Part shown: positions 24,037 through 39,759 of the stretch, in pieces
How positions within the stretch are numbered: the first letter of the stretch is position 1
Layout: each line of letters starts with the position of its first letter
From: Octopus vulgaris
Taxonomy: Eukaryota
NCBI GenBank assembly: GCA_951406725.2
Contig: OX597825.1
Location: 21,142,001 to 21,206,000 of the forward strand
Length of the DNA stretch: 64,000 nt
Direction of reading: 5' to 3'
Program-made: the position numbers and the translations under genes
The notes under the pieces: model-generated
Seen by the model: only the letters and a program-made list of their open reading frames with translations
Databases searched by the model: none
Told to the model about the DNA's origin: nothing

Positions 24037-24074
<38 letters not shown>

Positions 24075-24197
24075 ATGTAATCCATCTTTTCTTTTCACCG
24101 TATATAAACAAAATTATGATATGTACATACACACATACAGACATACATACATATATACTTACATACCTGTGTGTGGTGTGTGTGCATATATATATAT

Positions 24198-24254
<57 letters not shown>

Positions 24255-24494
24255 TATGTTTATATATATATGTGTGTGTATATGTTTGTGTGTCTGTGTT
24301 TGTCCCCCCCAACATCGTTTGACAACCGATGCTGTTGTGTTTACGTCCCCGTAACTTAGCGGTTCGGCAAAAGTGACTGATAGAATAAGTACTAGGCTTA
24401 CAAAGAATAAGTTCTGGGGTCGATTTGCTCGACTTAAGGCGGTACTCCAGTATGGCCACAGTCACATGACTGAAACAAGTAAACGAGTAAAAGA

Positions 24495-25430
<936 letters not shown>

Positions 25431-25488
25431 CCCTTTTATATATATATAATAAATATTTAAGATTGAATCCAAGTTTATAATAAAATAT

Positions 25489-25599
25489 TATATTATATCA
25501 AATTAGAGAAGAAAACCACTATTATGCAAATCAAACAAAGAAAGACTTATAAGTCTTTCTTTGTTTGATTTGCATAATAGTGGTTTTGTCTCTAATTTG

Positions 25600-25609
<10 letters not shown>
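25489..25609. repeat. 121-bp spacerless palindrome
   Basis: centre gactta|taagtc at 25549/25550; 38 bp perfect, one small bulge, then 21 bp more. Confidence 0.95.
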
Positions 25610-25649
<40 letters not shown>

Positions 25650-26046
25650 CATACACGCATACACTTATATATTCACATACACGCAGGCAAACAGATATAT
25701 GTCCACTCTCTCTCTTCCCTATACAAACAGACATACAGATACGTAAACATCTGCATATATTAGCATGTATGTGCGTGTATATATTATTACTGTTAATCGT
25801 TAAAGGATATTTACTCATTTAATTCCCAACGTTTGTGATTTTTTTGCAAAGTAATGTTATATTTTCCTTTGTATCCTTTATTGGTTTAACAGTACACATT
25901 TGCTCCAAAAGAAAGTGCGACTTCCTTCACCGACTTTGTTTCCTCATAACTTTTTTAATGAAATTTCCTCATATGACTTTCAGATTATTTAGATTACAAT
26001 TATATCGGAATTTAATGTATAAAAGAGAATGAGAGAGGGTGGATAT

Positions 26047-26198
26047 CAGAGCTGCCTTAGCAGCATTGTAGCTCCCTGGGCAAATAAAAGCACTGGGCCC
26101 TAAATTGTTTATTTATTGGTAGCAAGCTACGACATACATAGGTCAGAATTGGGCCCCTGGGCCACTGCCCAGTTTGTCCACGACTCAAGACTATCCTG
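26047..26198. mobile_element. hAT-like MITE with 8-bp TSD
   Basis: TSD gtggatat at 26039-46 and 26199-206; CAG...CTG termini. Confidence 0.7.
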
Positions 26199-26322
26199 GT
26201 GGATATTTCACGCATCTCGATTTTGTTTCGTCATTCGTTTTAATGATTTAATTTCAATTAGGTAAAAAAGAAAAAAAGAAAAAAAGCATACTAAACGACC
26301 ACGTAGAGGGTGAGCTTGTTTA

Positions 26323-26377
<55 letters not shown>

Positions 26378-26416
26378 AGACTTCGATATAATAATGAAAG
26401 AAATATGTAACACTCT

Positions 26417-26830
26417 ACTCTTTACTCTTTTACTTGTTTCAGTCATTTGACCGTGGCCGTGCTGGGGCACCGTCTTTAGTCGAGCAAATCGACCCCAGAA
26501 CTTATGCTTTGGAAGCCTAGTACTTATTCTATCAGTCTCTTTTGCAGAACCGCTAAGTTACGTGGATGTAATCACACCAGCATCGGTTGTCAAGCGATGT
26601 TGGGGGGGGGGACAAACACAGACACACAAAGATACATATATATATATATATATATATGTATGCATATATACGACAGGCTTCTTTCAGTTTCCGTCTACCA
26701 AATCAACTCACAAGGCTTTGGTCGACCCGAGGCTATAGTAGAAGACACTTGCCCAAGGTATCACGCAGTGGGACTGAACGCGGAACCATGTGGTTGTTAA
26801 GCAAGCTACTTCCCACACAGCCACTTCTAC
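26417..26830 (-). mobile_element. SINE family B
   Basis: near full-length match to other copies. Confidence 0.85.
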
Positions 26831-28382
26831 GCTACTGGTCAACAAAATTAAATGTATTATACCCATGAATGCAAACCATCTTTTTAAGACTAATTTTTCA
26901 TGCTGATTTCAAAATTTCACTCAATTTGTATGCAGCACGTATCAGTTTTTCAGTAGATACACGCAAATATTTACATATTTTTTTATATATGAAATCATTA
27001 ACGTAATAAATAAGGAGATATTATTTTTAGAAAGTAAATGAGTTTATTGAGTCGTAAATCATCATCACATTCATTTTACAATTAGAGCTAGTGTAAGGCA
27101 ACGAGCTGGTAGAATCTTTAGCGCACCACGCATAATGCTTAACGGGAATTTCGTCCGTTCTGAGTTCAAACTCCACCGGGGTCGACTTTGCCTTTTATTC
27201 TTTCGGGCCCGATAAAATAAGTATCATTTGGGCACAGGGGTCGATGTAATCGACTTAGCCCCTCCTCTGGAGTTCCTGTCCTTGAGCCAAAATTTGATAT
27301 CAATAATTAGAGTTAGTATTGTACACTCCGTTCTACAAAGACGTCTTTCAGTGAATTTTTCGGGGAATTGATGAAATAGACCTGTACATTATTTTTTATT
27401 AACATAATTCTATTCTACATCATTAAGGCTTATGAGTAAACAACGTCGAGATGTATGAAATATCTGCCCTAACGAATTTTTTTTCACATTACATCCTGAT
27501 ATGATCGTAATTTGCACCATCTATTTGTAGAAAATTTCCGTACAAATATATACATTTTCCAGAAAGTTATAAGCAAAGAAAATCGCGTGGGGTTATACTT
27601 TTGTAGTTATGCCTAGTATTAATAGAAATGTTTGGTAAACACTATTTCGATGTAGGTTTACGATGTCGTTCTGGATAAAATTTGAAGTTGAAATCTTCAG
27701 TAATAGAAGAATTTTGAAAACCACATCTTGATAAAAAAAATATTAAAATTGGAATTTATAAGAATTTTCTTGACAGAATAGATTTTAATAATCGCTTTCT
27801 TTTAGTAAAAGTACATACTCTTAACTTCTTATATTAATGAGTTTGGATATATACTATACTGTAACAGTGTTATACCACTACAAAAACTAAATCAGTAACA
27901 AGCACGTAACAAACGACTTCTACGACTGCTTTCACAAATGCGACTGCACACACCAAACTGTACCTCGCACTGTCAGTACACATGCGCCTTTATGAGGTTT
28001 AGGAAGTTCACTTGCTATCCCACAGGGGTGTCATGATTTCACCACAACATCACCCCTTTTTGAGCTTGACTTTCCTTGAAAGTCAATATTTTTCATTTAT
28101 TTATTGTATATTCATTACCACCTCTCTCCACTTATTTTGTTTACTTAATTCCACGGGAAGAAATTGGAATATTTTTTCGTTTTGGCTCTACTTGCAAAAG
28201 CTCTGTTTGTTTTCTTTCCCTAGTCGATGTACTCCTTGGTTCGACTATTCCTTGAGGTGCCGGGACGTCATAAATGTGTCATAAAGAAATTCCATTGGTT
28301 CTTCATGTCTTATTCTTTCTTCCGTCAATTTTGTGATTCCTCCCTCTCTCACTCTTTCTCTTCCACTATGTTTATATATCCT

Positions 28383-28935
28383 TTTCTACTCTAGGCACAA
28401 GACCCGAGATTTTTGGGGAGGGGGGCAGTCAATTAGATCGACCCCAGTATGCAACTGGTACTTAATTTATCGACCCCGAAAGGATGAAAGGCAAAGTAGA
28501 CCTCGGCGGAATTTGAACTCAGAACGTAAAGATCGACGAAATACCTATTTCTTTACTACCCACAAGGAGCTAAACACAGAGAGGACAGACAAGGACAGAC
28601 AAACGGATTAAGTCGATTGTATCGACCCCAGTACGTAACTGGTACTTATTTAATCGACCCCGAAAGGATGAAAGGCAAAGTCGACCTCGGCGGAATTTGA
28701 ACTCAGAACGTAGCGGCAGGCGAAATACCTATTTCTTTACTACCCACAAGGGGCTAAACATAGAGGGGACAAACAAGAACAGACAAACGGATTTAGTCGA
28801 TTACATCGACCCCAGTACACAACTGGTATTTAATTTATCGACCCCGAAAGGATGAAAGGCAAAGTCGACCTCGGCGGAATTTGAACACAGAACGTAACGG
28901 CAGACGAAATACGGCTACGCATTTCGCCCGGCGTA
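28383..28935 (-). mobile_element. SINE A tandem multimer
   Basis: three ~180-bp bodies. Confidence 0.85.
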
Positions 28936-30139
28936 GATTAGATGTGCAATTCAATTCAGTGTTATGCATAAAAAACATAAATCTTCTGATATGCCCATAT
29001 ACGATAAACCGAGGACTTTTACGAGGCTAAATTAAGCCAACATAATACTTGATTGCTTCATAAATTCTAACGCTGTTTTTCAGTGCTTGGTATTATTTTA
29101 AATGTTCTCCTTTTTTACTGAGCGAGTGAGTAGTAGGAGACGAATAAAGGCTACACAGGAAAATCAAACGTAACATATCAAAAAATTGCTGAAATTAAGA
29201 ATCAAACAAATAATTATCACTTAGCGACTAGGAGAAAACTGCCGGGAGGGCGGTCTTTCTGCTAGTTAAGTAAATGATTTTAGCCAGTTATAATCTATAA
29301 TATTTTTTTCTGGTTGGTTTACGTATAAACTCTTAACAATGGAACGAAATCGAAGATATGATCTTCAATAGATACATCATTCATATTTTATTCGTAAGGC
29401 AATTCATTGTGAAATTAATATTTTAAATTAAGTGATACATATATAAGCACATATATAGATGCAAATACATATACATGCTCATACACACGCACACATACTC
29501 GTGCATTAGGATCCGCAGCTCTGTAGAAAATCTTTATTCTTCGTTGCCTAGGACTTTGGGAACTAGAGCGATCATATGTATTTTCTTTTCATTAGAAAAT
29601 AGGGATGCTGTGGGAGCGATTTAAGTCATATCTTAGCAACAGTTTATGTGTTGTACGCTGCGTTTAAGCAAAATGTCTTCTATCTTCCATCTTGGTTGAT
29701 CCTAGGCCTAGGAATATGAGTGACGTTGTGCGGATGGAAACTGCGTGGAAGCCGGAAAACTATTGGTGACGGGGTGGGGGTGTAATTACTGTATCATATG
29801 AGAAAATCCTAAACGAATGTACAGGCGTAGGTACGGCTGGGTGGTTAAGAAGCACATTTTACAAACACTGCGCAGCGCCTAACCACGAGCTTTTGAGTGG
29901 ATCTGGTTGAAGGAAAGCATTTGGAAGCCCTTTGAATATGTATATGTTTGTGTGTATGTGTATGTGTGTGTGTGTGATCGTGTGTATGCGTGTGTTTGTG
30001 CTTGTGTTAGTGTTTGTGCCCCAACCACTTGAAAACCGGTGTTGGTTGGTGCACGTCCCTGTAAATTAGGGGTTCGGCAGAATAGACTTATAGGATAAGT
30101 ATCCCACTTTTAAAAGATGAGTACTGGGGTCTATTCTTC

Positions 30140-30455
30140 TCTTTTCTTTTCTTCGCCCTTTTCAAGCCTAGCTAGGCTCAGGGGCCCGGTTTCCCGGTTT
30201 CTGTGGCGTATGTGTTCCCCCCAGCTGGACAGGCCGCCAGTCCATCACAGCGTTACTCAAGGAACAGGAAGAGAGAGTGAGAGAAAGTTGTGGCGAAAGA
30301 GTACAACAGGGGTCGCCACCACCCCTGCCATATCCTCGTGGAGCTTTTAGGTGTTTTCGCTCAATAAACACACACAGCGCCCGGTCTGGAAATCGAAACC
30401 GCGATCCTTCGACTGCGAGTCTGCTGCCCTAACCACTGGGCCATTGCGCCTCCAC
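30140..30455 (-). mobile_element. SINE family C with an alternative tail (gatggactggcgg..tgtccag module)
   Basis: head as at 10389; different 3' half. Confidence 0.75.
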
Positions 30456-30658
30456 CTTTTATTTGGTAGGCTAAAAACCCTTTAAGGCGATGCTCCAGCA
30501 TGGTCACAGTGCAATGAGTGAAACAAGTAAACGATGAACGGAAAGTAAGTATACAAGAGCAAGCATTCGATGCAACAACGTTGCGATCGTTTATCAGAGA
30601 TGACAAGAAAAAGAATAACCAATACTACCAGAAAAATTTTCCATTAGTCATATATATT

Positions 30659-31065
30659 TCTTTACTACCCACAAGGGGCTAAACACAGAGGGGACAAACA
30701 AGGACAGACAAAGGGATTTAGTCGATTACATCGACCCCAGTGCGTAACTGGTACTTAATTTAATCGACCCCGAAAGGATGAAAGGCAAAGTCGACCTCGG
30801 CGGAATTTGAACTCACAACGTAAAGACAGACGAAATACCTATTTCTTTACTACCCACAAGGGGCTAAACACAGAGGGGACAAACAAGGACAGACAAAGGG
30901 ATTTAGTCGATTACATCGACCCCAGTGCGTAACTGGTACTTAATTTATCGACCCCGAAAGGATGAAAGGCAAAGTCGACCTCGGCGGAATTTGAACTCAG
31001 AACGTAACGACAGACGAAATACGCATTTCGCCCGGCGTGCTAACGTTTCTGCCAGCTCGCCACCT
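30659..31065 (-). mobile_element. SINE A dimer with 15-bp TSD
   Basis: ttagtcatatatatt at 30644-58 and 31066-80. Confidence 0.9.
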
Positions 31066-31294
31066 TTAGTCATATATATTGTGAGCATCAAGAGAAAAAG
31101 GAAGTACGAGAAAATCTAGCTTTTATGCGGTCTAGATACAGAAATCTCCCTTTTTTCAATCAGGAAAAGTACGACATGAAGAAGTATTTCAATCAATAGG
31201 TGCCGTCATGCTGCAGAGATTTCCAATCGAAATATTAGTCAAATCTAAGGTAAACTACAACAGTTATCACTTGTTAAGGCTATCACTTGTTAAG

Positions 31295-31443
31295 GCTTTG
31301 CTTACCAACCACATGGTTCCGGGTTCAGTCCCACTGCGTGGCAACTTGGGCAAGTGCCTTCTACTATAGCCTCCGGCCGACCAAAGCCTTGTGAGTGGAT
31401 TTGGTAGACGGAAACTGAAAGAAGCCCGTCGTATATATGTATA

Positions 31444-31476
<33 letters not shown>

Positions 31477-31700
31477 GAGTGTGTATGTTTGTGTGTCTGT
31501 GTTTGTCTCCCTAGCATTGCTTGACAACCGATGCTGGTGTGTTTACGTCGCCGTCACTTAGCGGTTCGGCAAAAGAGAGCGATAGGAATAAGTACTGGGC
31601 TTACAAAAGAATAAGTCCCGGGGTCGATTTGCTCGACTAAAGGCGGTGCACCAGCATGGCCGCAGTCAAATGACTGAAACAAGTAAAAGAGTAAAAGAGT
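31295..31700 (+). mobile_element. SINE family B
   Basis: match to family consensus seen in the window. Confidence 0.85.
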
Positions 31701-33068
31701 AAGAGAGAGATATTCTATAGACATCATAGCCAGCACTGATTCTTGTTGCTACGTTTCGTATTCGAGAAGTTAGATGTAAAGAAACAGTCAAATCGAAGAT
31801 GATAAAAAGGGTGATGGGCGTATATACCATATTTCGGGAGTTTTTGTGCTATTTCAGCATACATAAATAAAAAAAATTATACAATATTCGTATGCCTATT
31901 TGCAACTTAGGTCGCGTTTGCACTACGACTTAAAACGGTTAGACTCGAACAGAAAATCGTTCGGTAATTGCTATTTGAATGGAAATTTTGTTTCCACGAT
32001 AAAACACATATTGCTAGGTTTGTACTATCCCCTTGAAACCCAACTACACTCTAGCTGAAAAATATAGAACCTTATAAATAATATAAACGTCCTATATTCA
32101 CTGGTGGCGTTAATGAAGATGTTGCACGTTAATCTAATGTGTTAAACTTATCTCTATCTATCTTTGTCTCATTCAATTAAAATTCTTCAAGGCCCTGCCT
32201 CAGCATGGCCACAGTCAAATGACTGAAACAAGTAAAAGATAAAAGATAAAGATATGTGTGTGTGTGTATATATATATATATACGTATTGTTGTTGAGAGA
32301 GTACGACACCCTACATATAAGTAGTAGCGGTCTGACGTAGTCTGCTGTTTGTAGTTTGATCTTCGAAGTCCAGATGTAGTTTTGAAGTTCGAGTCAGTGT
32401 TTTAGAAATATTGATTGTTGGTTAGGTGTTTCTTACTACCACTGTTTTGTATCGTTATAACACTGTTACAGTGTATTCTTAATCTATCGTCGACAATATC
32501 AACCGTACTACGATATTGGAGGCGTAAGGATTATAACACGTATATATTCATATGTGTATATCAAGCACCGAAGACAGTAAAAAACAAAACACGAAAACTC
32601 CCCCCCAAAAAAGAACTGACTATATTTATAAGATCCAGTGACTAAAATAGAAACAATTATAGATCTATTGATCTGTATATTGAGCAGAGTGTCACATGGC
32701 ACAAAAGGCGTGTTAAAAGTAACAAGGCTGTATAAATATTGCATTAGAAAGATTTTTAATGTATTCTGTTGGTAAATATGACCGCACTTTATAGCTTCTT
32801 TGTTATTGCATCATTGTCTTACTAGAATAGGTGACCAATAAAGCAGATGATTTGGTCGATATGATACTGAACTTATTAGCCGTAGTTTGTATCCTTCTTA
32901 CTGGGTGGTCAGTAGTTCGTATCCTTTCATTGGCAATTTATTGATTGTGTTTATTGTTAAACATTCAATTCTCAAAAGGCCTAATGTTGCACTGCCACGC
33001 ACCTCAGGTGTGATCCAGTACCAGTTGATAGAACCGTTAAGTTATGGGCATGTAAACAAACCAATACC

Positions 33069-33308
33069 TATTTCTTTATTACCCACAAGGGGCTAAACAT
33101 AGAGGGGACAAACAAAGACAGACATAGGTATTAAGTCGATTACATCGACGCCAGTGCGTAACTGGTACTTAATTTATCGACCCCGAAAGGATGAAAGTCA
33201 AAGTCGACCTCGGCGGAATTTGAACTCAGAACGTAGCGGTAGACGAAATACCGCTCAACATTTCGTCTGGCGCGCTAACGTTTCTGCCAGCTCGCTAAAG
33301 TTTCTGCC
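33069..33308 (-). mobile_element. SINE A inserted into an old SINE B, with 11-bp TSD
   Basis: aaaccaatacc at 33058-68 and 33309-19. Confidence 0.8.
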
Positions 33309-33368
33309 AAACCAATACCGGTTATCAAGTGCTAGTGGTGGAGGGGACAAATATACACACATGCACAA

Positions 33369-33456
<88 letters not shown>

Positions 33457-33457
<1 letters not shown>

Positions 33458-33620
33458 GGCGCAGGCGTGGCTGTGTGGTAAGAAGTTTGCTTCCAAACCA
33501 CAAGGTTCCGGGTTCAGTCCCATTGCGTAACACCTTGGGCAAGCGTCTTCTGTTATAACCTCGAACCGCCCAAAGCCTTGTGAGTGGATTTGGTAGACAG
33601 AAACTGAAAGAAGCCCGTTC

Positions 33621-33671
<51 letters not shown>

Positions 33672-34087
33672 CTCATTTACTCATTTACTCATTTACTTGT
33701 TTCAGTCATTTGACTGTGGCCATGCTGGAGCACCGCCTTTAGTCGAGCAAATCGACCCCGGGACTTATTCTTTGTAAGCCCAGTACTTATTCTGTCGGTC
33801 TCTTTTGCCGAACCGCTAAGTTACGGGGACGTAAACACACCAGCATCGGTTGTCAAGCAATGCTAGGAGGACAAACACACACACACAAACATACACACAC
33901 ATACATATATAAATATAAATATACATATATACGACAGGCTTCTTTCAGTTTCCGTCTGCCAAATCCACTCACAAGGCTTTGGTCGGCCCGAGGCTATAGC
34001 AGAAGACACTTGCCCAAGATGCCACGCAGTGGGACTGAACCCGGAACCATGTGGCTTGGTAAGCAAGCTACCTACCAGACAGCCACT
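33457..34087. mobile_element. SINE B 5' half (+) followed by a full SINE B (-)
   Basis: 33457-33620 and 33670-34087. Confidence 0.8.
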
Positions 34088-34423
34088 GTGTGTGTGTATG
34101 TATGTGGGTGTCATTGTGTCTATATTTGTCATTTCATCATCTCTTGACAACCGGTGTTGGTGTTTTAAGCTATTTACAGACGAGTGAGCTGGAGCAGCGT
34201 GAAATAGAGTGTTTTGCTCAAGAACACATCGCACTACCCGGCCCAGATATCGAACCCCTTAACTACGTCATACACTTTCACACATACACACGTGCGCGCG
34301 CGCGTATTTGTGTATGTGTATGTGTTTGTATGTGTGTATTTCATTTAACGAGGCTATAAAATCAATCAACACCCACTAGTGTGTGTGTATGTATATATAT
34401 ATATATGTGTATGTATATGTATA

Positions 34424-34459
<36 letters not shown>

Positions 34460-34480
34460 AATATATGTATATAAACATAT

Positions 34481-34520
<40 letters not shown>

Positions 34521-34653
34521 CATATACATACATATATATACACACATCTTTGTATGTTCTTCATTTAATGGCATAATATCGATCAATACCTACTGGATGT
34601 GTGTGTGTGTGTGCATATGTATATATATTTATATATGTATGTGTATATATATG

Positions 34654-34705
<52 letters not shown>

Positions 34706-34777
34706 GATATATACATATATATAATATATATATATATATATAAATGTAAATATATATATGTAAATATATATATGTAA

Positions 34778-34863
<86 letters not shown>

Positions 34864-35281
34864 GTATATACACATATGTATGTATGTACTTTTGTGTGTA
34901 TTTCATCTAGCGACACTTTATTTAAAACTCAAGCAATACCCATTAGGGTTTATATGTAATTCAGTTAAAGGCTGAAGAATATATATTCCTTTCTCACTTG
35001 GCTACATTCCCAACAGAATAATTCCATAAATTAATTAGGAATGTCACCCGGGATAAACTTACGTGAATAGTAAATCACCAGCAACGTTATCATCCTTGTT
35101 GCTGTTTTCGTTAGAATGATTGTTTTTACTGCTATTTGTTGTAGATATTAGTGGGGTCTGTTTTTTCTCCTTTGGTGGTGACGGCATCGGTGGCAGTCGC
35201 CATCATGGTCGCCATCTTAATGGTGTTTTCTTTCGAATATTACAATGCAGTTTCATTTTTTTGTTTTATTTTTATCAATCA

Positions 35282-35666
35282 CTAGCAGCATCGCCCGGCG
35301 TTGCTCAGGTTTGTAAGGGAAATAACTATAAAGCATTTTTAGAGAGTTATAGCCCAAAAATAGCAAAAAAATGGGAAAAAAATGATGGTAAATTTTTTTT
35401 GAGATTTGAAAAAGGTGGAGTTGCGTCCCCTAGCCAGTTTGTGGTTCGTGTTTCTGATTCTCGACCCCATGTCGAATTTATCGATTTTTTTCAGAACTGG
35501 GGGAACTTTTCAAAATTTTCGCTGCGTTAGTTTTGAATTATGACATTGGGCTATGTGTGTGTCAAGTTTCATCAGAATCGGTTGAAAGCCGTGGTCAGGG
35601 TGAGGGTACAAGCAAACAGACACACATACACACAGACAGACAAACTGCCGTTTATATAGAGAGAGA
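35282..35666 (-). mobile_element. non-autonomous Helitron
   Basis: A|TC ... subterminal hairpin ... CTAG|T on the minus strand; (GTCT)-type microsatellite near the 5' end. Confidence 0.75.
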
Positions 35667-36693
35667 TTAACACTGTGTTGATTCTGACGTAAGAGAAAAA
35701 TGCCCATCGAACTGACGGTGTGAGTAAAACAAAAATGTATCTGATCGATTTATTCTCAATTGAGAATACTTAGCTGAAGCCTTCATGTCTCTGAGGATTC
35801 ACTGCTAGATGAGTCGGTAGAGTACCATTGGTTGTAGCCTGTCCAACGAAGAAAGGGTTTACCTACATGGATATATGGCCTGTGCTGTATTCTGCTGTAT
35901 TCTTCAATGGGTTTAAATTACTCGTTCTCAACCCTTTTAATATCTGGGCCAGATCCAAACCCGAAACTTTTTAGGGAGCCACCCCCAAAAATAAATAAAT
36001 AAGACATAACACAATTAATATATATATATTTTTTTTGGCACAGGCGTGGCTGTGTGGTAAGAAGTTTGCTTCCCAACCACATGGTTCCGGGTTCAACCCC
36101 ACTGCGTAGGACATTGGGCAAGTGTCTTCACCTATAACCTCGGGCTGACCCAAAGTATTGTCAGTGGATTTGGTAGACGCCCGTTGTGCATGTGTGTGTG
36201 TGTGTTTGTCCCTCCTCCCGCCATCGCATGACAACCGATGCTGCTGTGTTTATGTCCCCATATCTTAGCAGTTCGGCTAAAAGACTGATTGAATAAGTGC
36301 TAGGCTTACAAAGAATAACTCCTGGAGTCGATTTCTTCGATTGAAATCTTTTAAGGCGATGCCCCAGCATGGCCGCAGTCAAATGATTGAAAGAAATACA
36401 AAAAATAAGAATAGAGAGAAGGCCGTCGAGGTCCGCCTCGAGGATGCTTGAGGGTCGCATGCGGCCTCGGAAGCCACGTTGAGAACCGCTTCAACGTAAC
36501 TCTTTTTTTCTCCTTAGTCTTGTTTCAAAATGGCTCCCACGGTCAATTCTATGCACTTTTAAACCTTCTTTTCGCTGCTGGAGAGTTGCATACGTAAATA
36601 GCCGGGCAGCTAAGACTGGAGTTGTTTCCCTTGTATCCATTTTCTTGTCGCTGCAACAGCCCACAACTAATAATTGTGGTATTTGTCTTGCTA

Positions 36694-36830
36694 TCTTCTT
36701 CTTCTTCTTCTTCTTCTTCTTCTTCTTCTTCTTCTTCTTCTTCTTCTTCTTCTTCTTCTTCTTCTTCTTCTTCTTCTTCTTCTTCTTCTTCTTCTTCTTC
36801 TTCTTCTTCTTCTTCTTCTTCTTCTTCTTC
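36694..36830. repeat. (CTT)n microsatellite
   Basis: direct reading. Confidence 0.95.
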
Positions 36831-37540
36831 CAATCAGGACTCACGCCATTAGCCACAAAGAATAATCTCTAATTCGAGCCTACTCTAAGCTACTAGGAAT
36901 GCGTGTGGCAACTTGAAGATCCACCCACCACATGCGATAGACTGGCGGTTGCACAGGCGCGAAAGCTACGCTGTTATCCTCATTCTGTAAACGGTGGCTT
37001 TTAACGGGTGGAGAGCTGAACCATCCTAGGGCACAGAGGATTCGCAATCTAGACTAGGGTCTGAAAGCTTACCACACCATAGTGGGTTACACCAGGTTCC
37101 CTCTGCTTTGTGACAGAAGTAGGAAGAAAGAGTGAGAGAAAGTTGTGGTGAAAGAATACAGTGGTGTTCACCACCCTTCCCCAGTTGGAGCCTCATGGAG
37201 CTTAGGTGTTTTTGTTCAATAAACTTTCATAATGCCCGGACTGGGAACCGAAACTGCGTTCTTACGACCGCAAGTCCGCTGCCCTAATCACTGGGCCATT
37301 GCGCCTCCACTGTTACTGTTAGTGCTGTTTAGCAGCAGGGAGCTCTGATCAAACGGATCTATAATCAAAAACCTTTCAACCATAAGAATTCAATTTTTGA
37401 TAATCGTTGTCGTCGATCAACCATAGTATAATTAGAACTACATTACCCAATGGTAGGATGATTTGACTGCTATTTCTAGCACTTTGCGTGACCATGTAGA
37501 AGCTTCTTCGTTACTTTGTAGTTATCTCTGCTGCTATTGC

Positions 37541-37601
<61 letters not shown>

Positions 37602-38719
37602 AAGCAACAAGACGGGTAAGGGTGATTAGGTGATGGTCTAGGGCTTAGGGGCGGAAGACCCCAGACCTTGGAACAAAAAAAAACTTTGGTCGTCTTGTTG
37701 TAGTCGAGGGCTCTTCGTTGACGCCCGACACTACTGGGAGGTGACCCTCGAAGACGCTGGAAATGGAGATCTCCAGGTCCAAATTCTTGAACGTCTACTG
37801 CTGTTGCTGCTAACGATGACGACGACGACAATGTGGTTGTTGTTATTAGAGATGCTGTTGTTGTTGTTTTCTTGTTCTTGTTGTTTAGCCCCAGGTCAGC
37901 CCTGATCAAGCTAACTTATGATCAAAAGCATCCTAATCGCGACGGTCACGGTTTTAGTTTCCAGGCATTGCGTATCTATGAAGCCTTGCCTAATGTTCTC
38001 CTGCTTGAAGGTCGTAGGGTGTGTGGCAGCAGGATTCAGCTCCTTGCCATACCTTCGGAAAGATTCAAAAGTGGTTGTCGGAGAATTTCTTGGACTTCAC
38101 CAGCCTTAATTGGTCACGTGTCACCTTCATTCAAGCATTTCCAGCTCATTGACCATTTCTCTATACCCCTTATATTGCCCTTGTGTCAACCAACCCACCC
38201 ACCACTACCCAGACTCGACTCTAACCGCCACTCCCAATACTTCTACTATACAGGGCGGTCGGGCTAAATTTGACGGTCTTTTATAAATTCTCCTTTTTCA
38301 AGAACAGCTTGTGATATCGGTGAGGAGTCAACGGCGTTGGAGAGCATAAAAACGAAAGTTGTAGTTGAGAAAAAGTTAAGTGACATGGAGGACGAGAAGC
38401 CATCTAAATATTGGAAAAGAGTAACCTGTAACGGTTGCTCTGTAAACCCTGTAAAGTCTGTAAGACGTGACCTAGAGAGCTGCAACTGAGACTACGAAGC
38501 CGTGGGCTGCAGGAAGGGACCGATGTTGGTATGTTTATGTCTCCATAACTTAGCGTTTCTGCAAAAGAGACCGATAAAATTCATACTAGGCTTACAATGA
38601 ATAGGTCCTGGGGTCAATTTCTTCGACTAAAACACCTTAAGGCGGTGCTCCTGCTTGGTCGCAGTCAAATATCAAAGAATATAAGAATATATTATGTATA
38701 CACACACACATACACTCAC

Positions 38720-39007
38720 TCTCTCTATATAAACGGCAGTTTGTCTGTCTGTGTGTCTGTGTGTCTGTCAGGTTGTACCCTCACCCTGACCACGGCTTTC
38801 AACATTCTGATGAAACTTGACACACATATAGCCCAATGTCATAATTCAAAACTAACGCAGCGAAAATATTCCCCCAGTTCTGAAAAACATCGATAAATAC
38901 ATGGGGTCGAGAATCATGTCTATACCTTTTTTACTAAAAAAAATTTACCATATTTTTTGCTATATAACTCTCTAAAAATATATAGTTATTTCCCATGATA
39001 CTGCTAG
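38720..39007 (+). mobile_element. non-autonomous Helitron, deleted copy of 35282-35666
   Basis: tctctctatataaacggcagtttgtctg ... ctgctag|t. Confidence 0.75.
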
Positions 39008-39055
<48 letters not shown>

Positions 39056-39247
39056 TTATATTCATGATTTTTATAATAATCACTGGTATCCTTATATATT
39101 ACTATATTTTATATCTTATATCTTATATGTAAAGAATAATATGCTATATGTATGTTATTATAATTATCAGTTTAATAAATAAGCTAACATTTTAATGTCC
39201 AAAAGTTGATGAACCACCTATTGTTCTCCTCCATTTTCTTATTTGTG

Positions 39248-39310
<63 letters not shown>

Positions 39311-39316
<6 letters not shown>

Positions 39317-39624
39317 AATTATAAGCATATGAAAGAATAGAGTTGAACGACTAGTTAACAAATATCCATTATTCTCGACATATGTTTCGAAGGCTGCATA
39401 TTCCTAATTCCGAAGGAATAAGGAGTACATTATGCAGATTTCTCATCAGGAAAATCAAGGAACTTATGTCGACATCAAAATGCACAAAAAACTTTTAGCT
39501 GACCGCTCTCAAGGAGTCCATGGCGAATAGGAATATGCAGCCTTCGAAACATATGTCGAAAATAAAGGATATTTGTTAACTAGTCGTTCAACTCCATTCT
39601 TTCATATACTTATAATTTTAAAAT
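39311..39624. mobile_element. mini PLE-like element with ~95-bp tail-out inverted arms
   Basis: arms 39311-39406 / 39528-39624; follows (TA)n. Confidence 0.8.
39371..39455 (-). ncRNA. type-I hammerhead ribozyme with canonical core and GUC site
   Basis: AUUUUC CUGAUGA GAA AUCUGCAUA...UAUGCAGCC UUC GAAA CAUAUG UC GAGAAU. Confidence 0.8.
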
Positions 39625-39759
39625 AAACATACAAATTTCCGCACGAAGACACGTAGTCTATGCCCTAGGGACGTAGCTTCAACCGTGTTCTTTCTGATGT
39701 GAATTTGCTACCCAGGTATCGGTTATCTTTCGAATTATCCTTAATAAGATAATTCATTC

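Noticed and set aside
28383-28935. CRISPR-like regular repeats (also 59270-60310, 62726-63333)
   Set aside because: Tandem ~180-bp SINE bodies with no unique spacers, in eukaryotic context.
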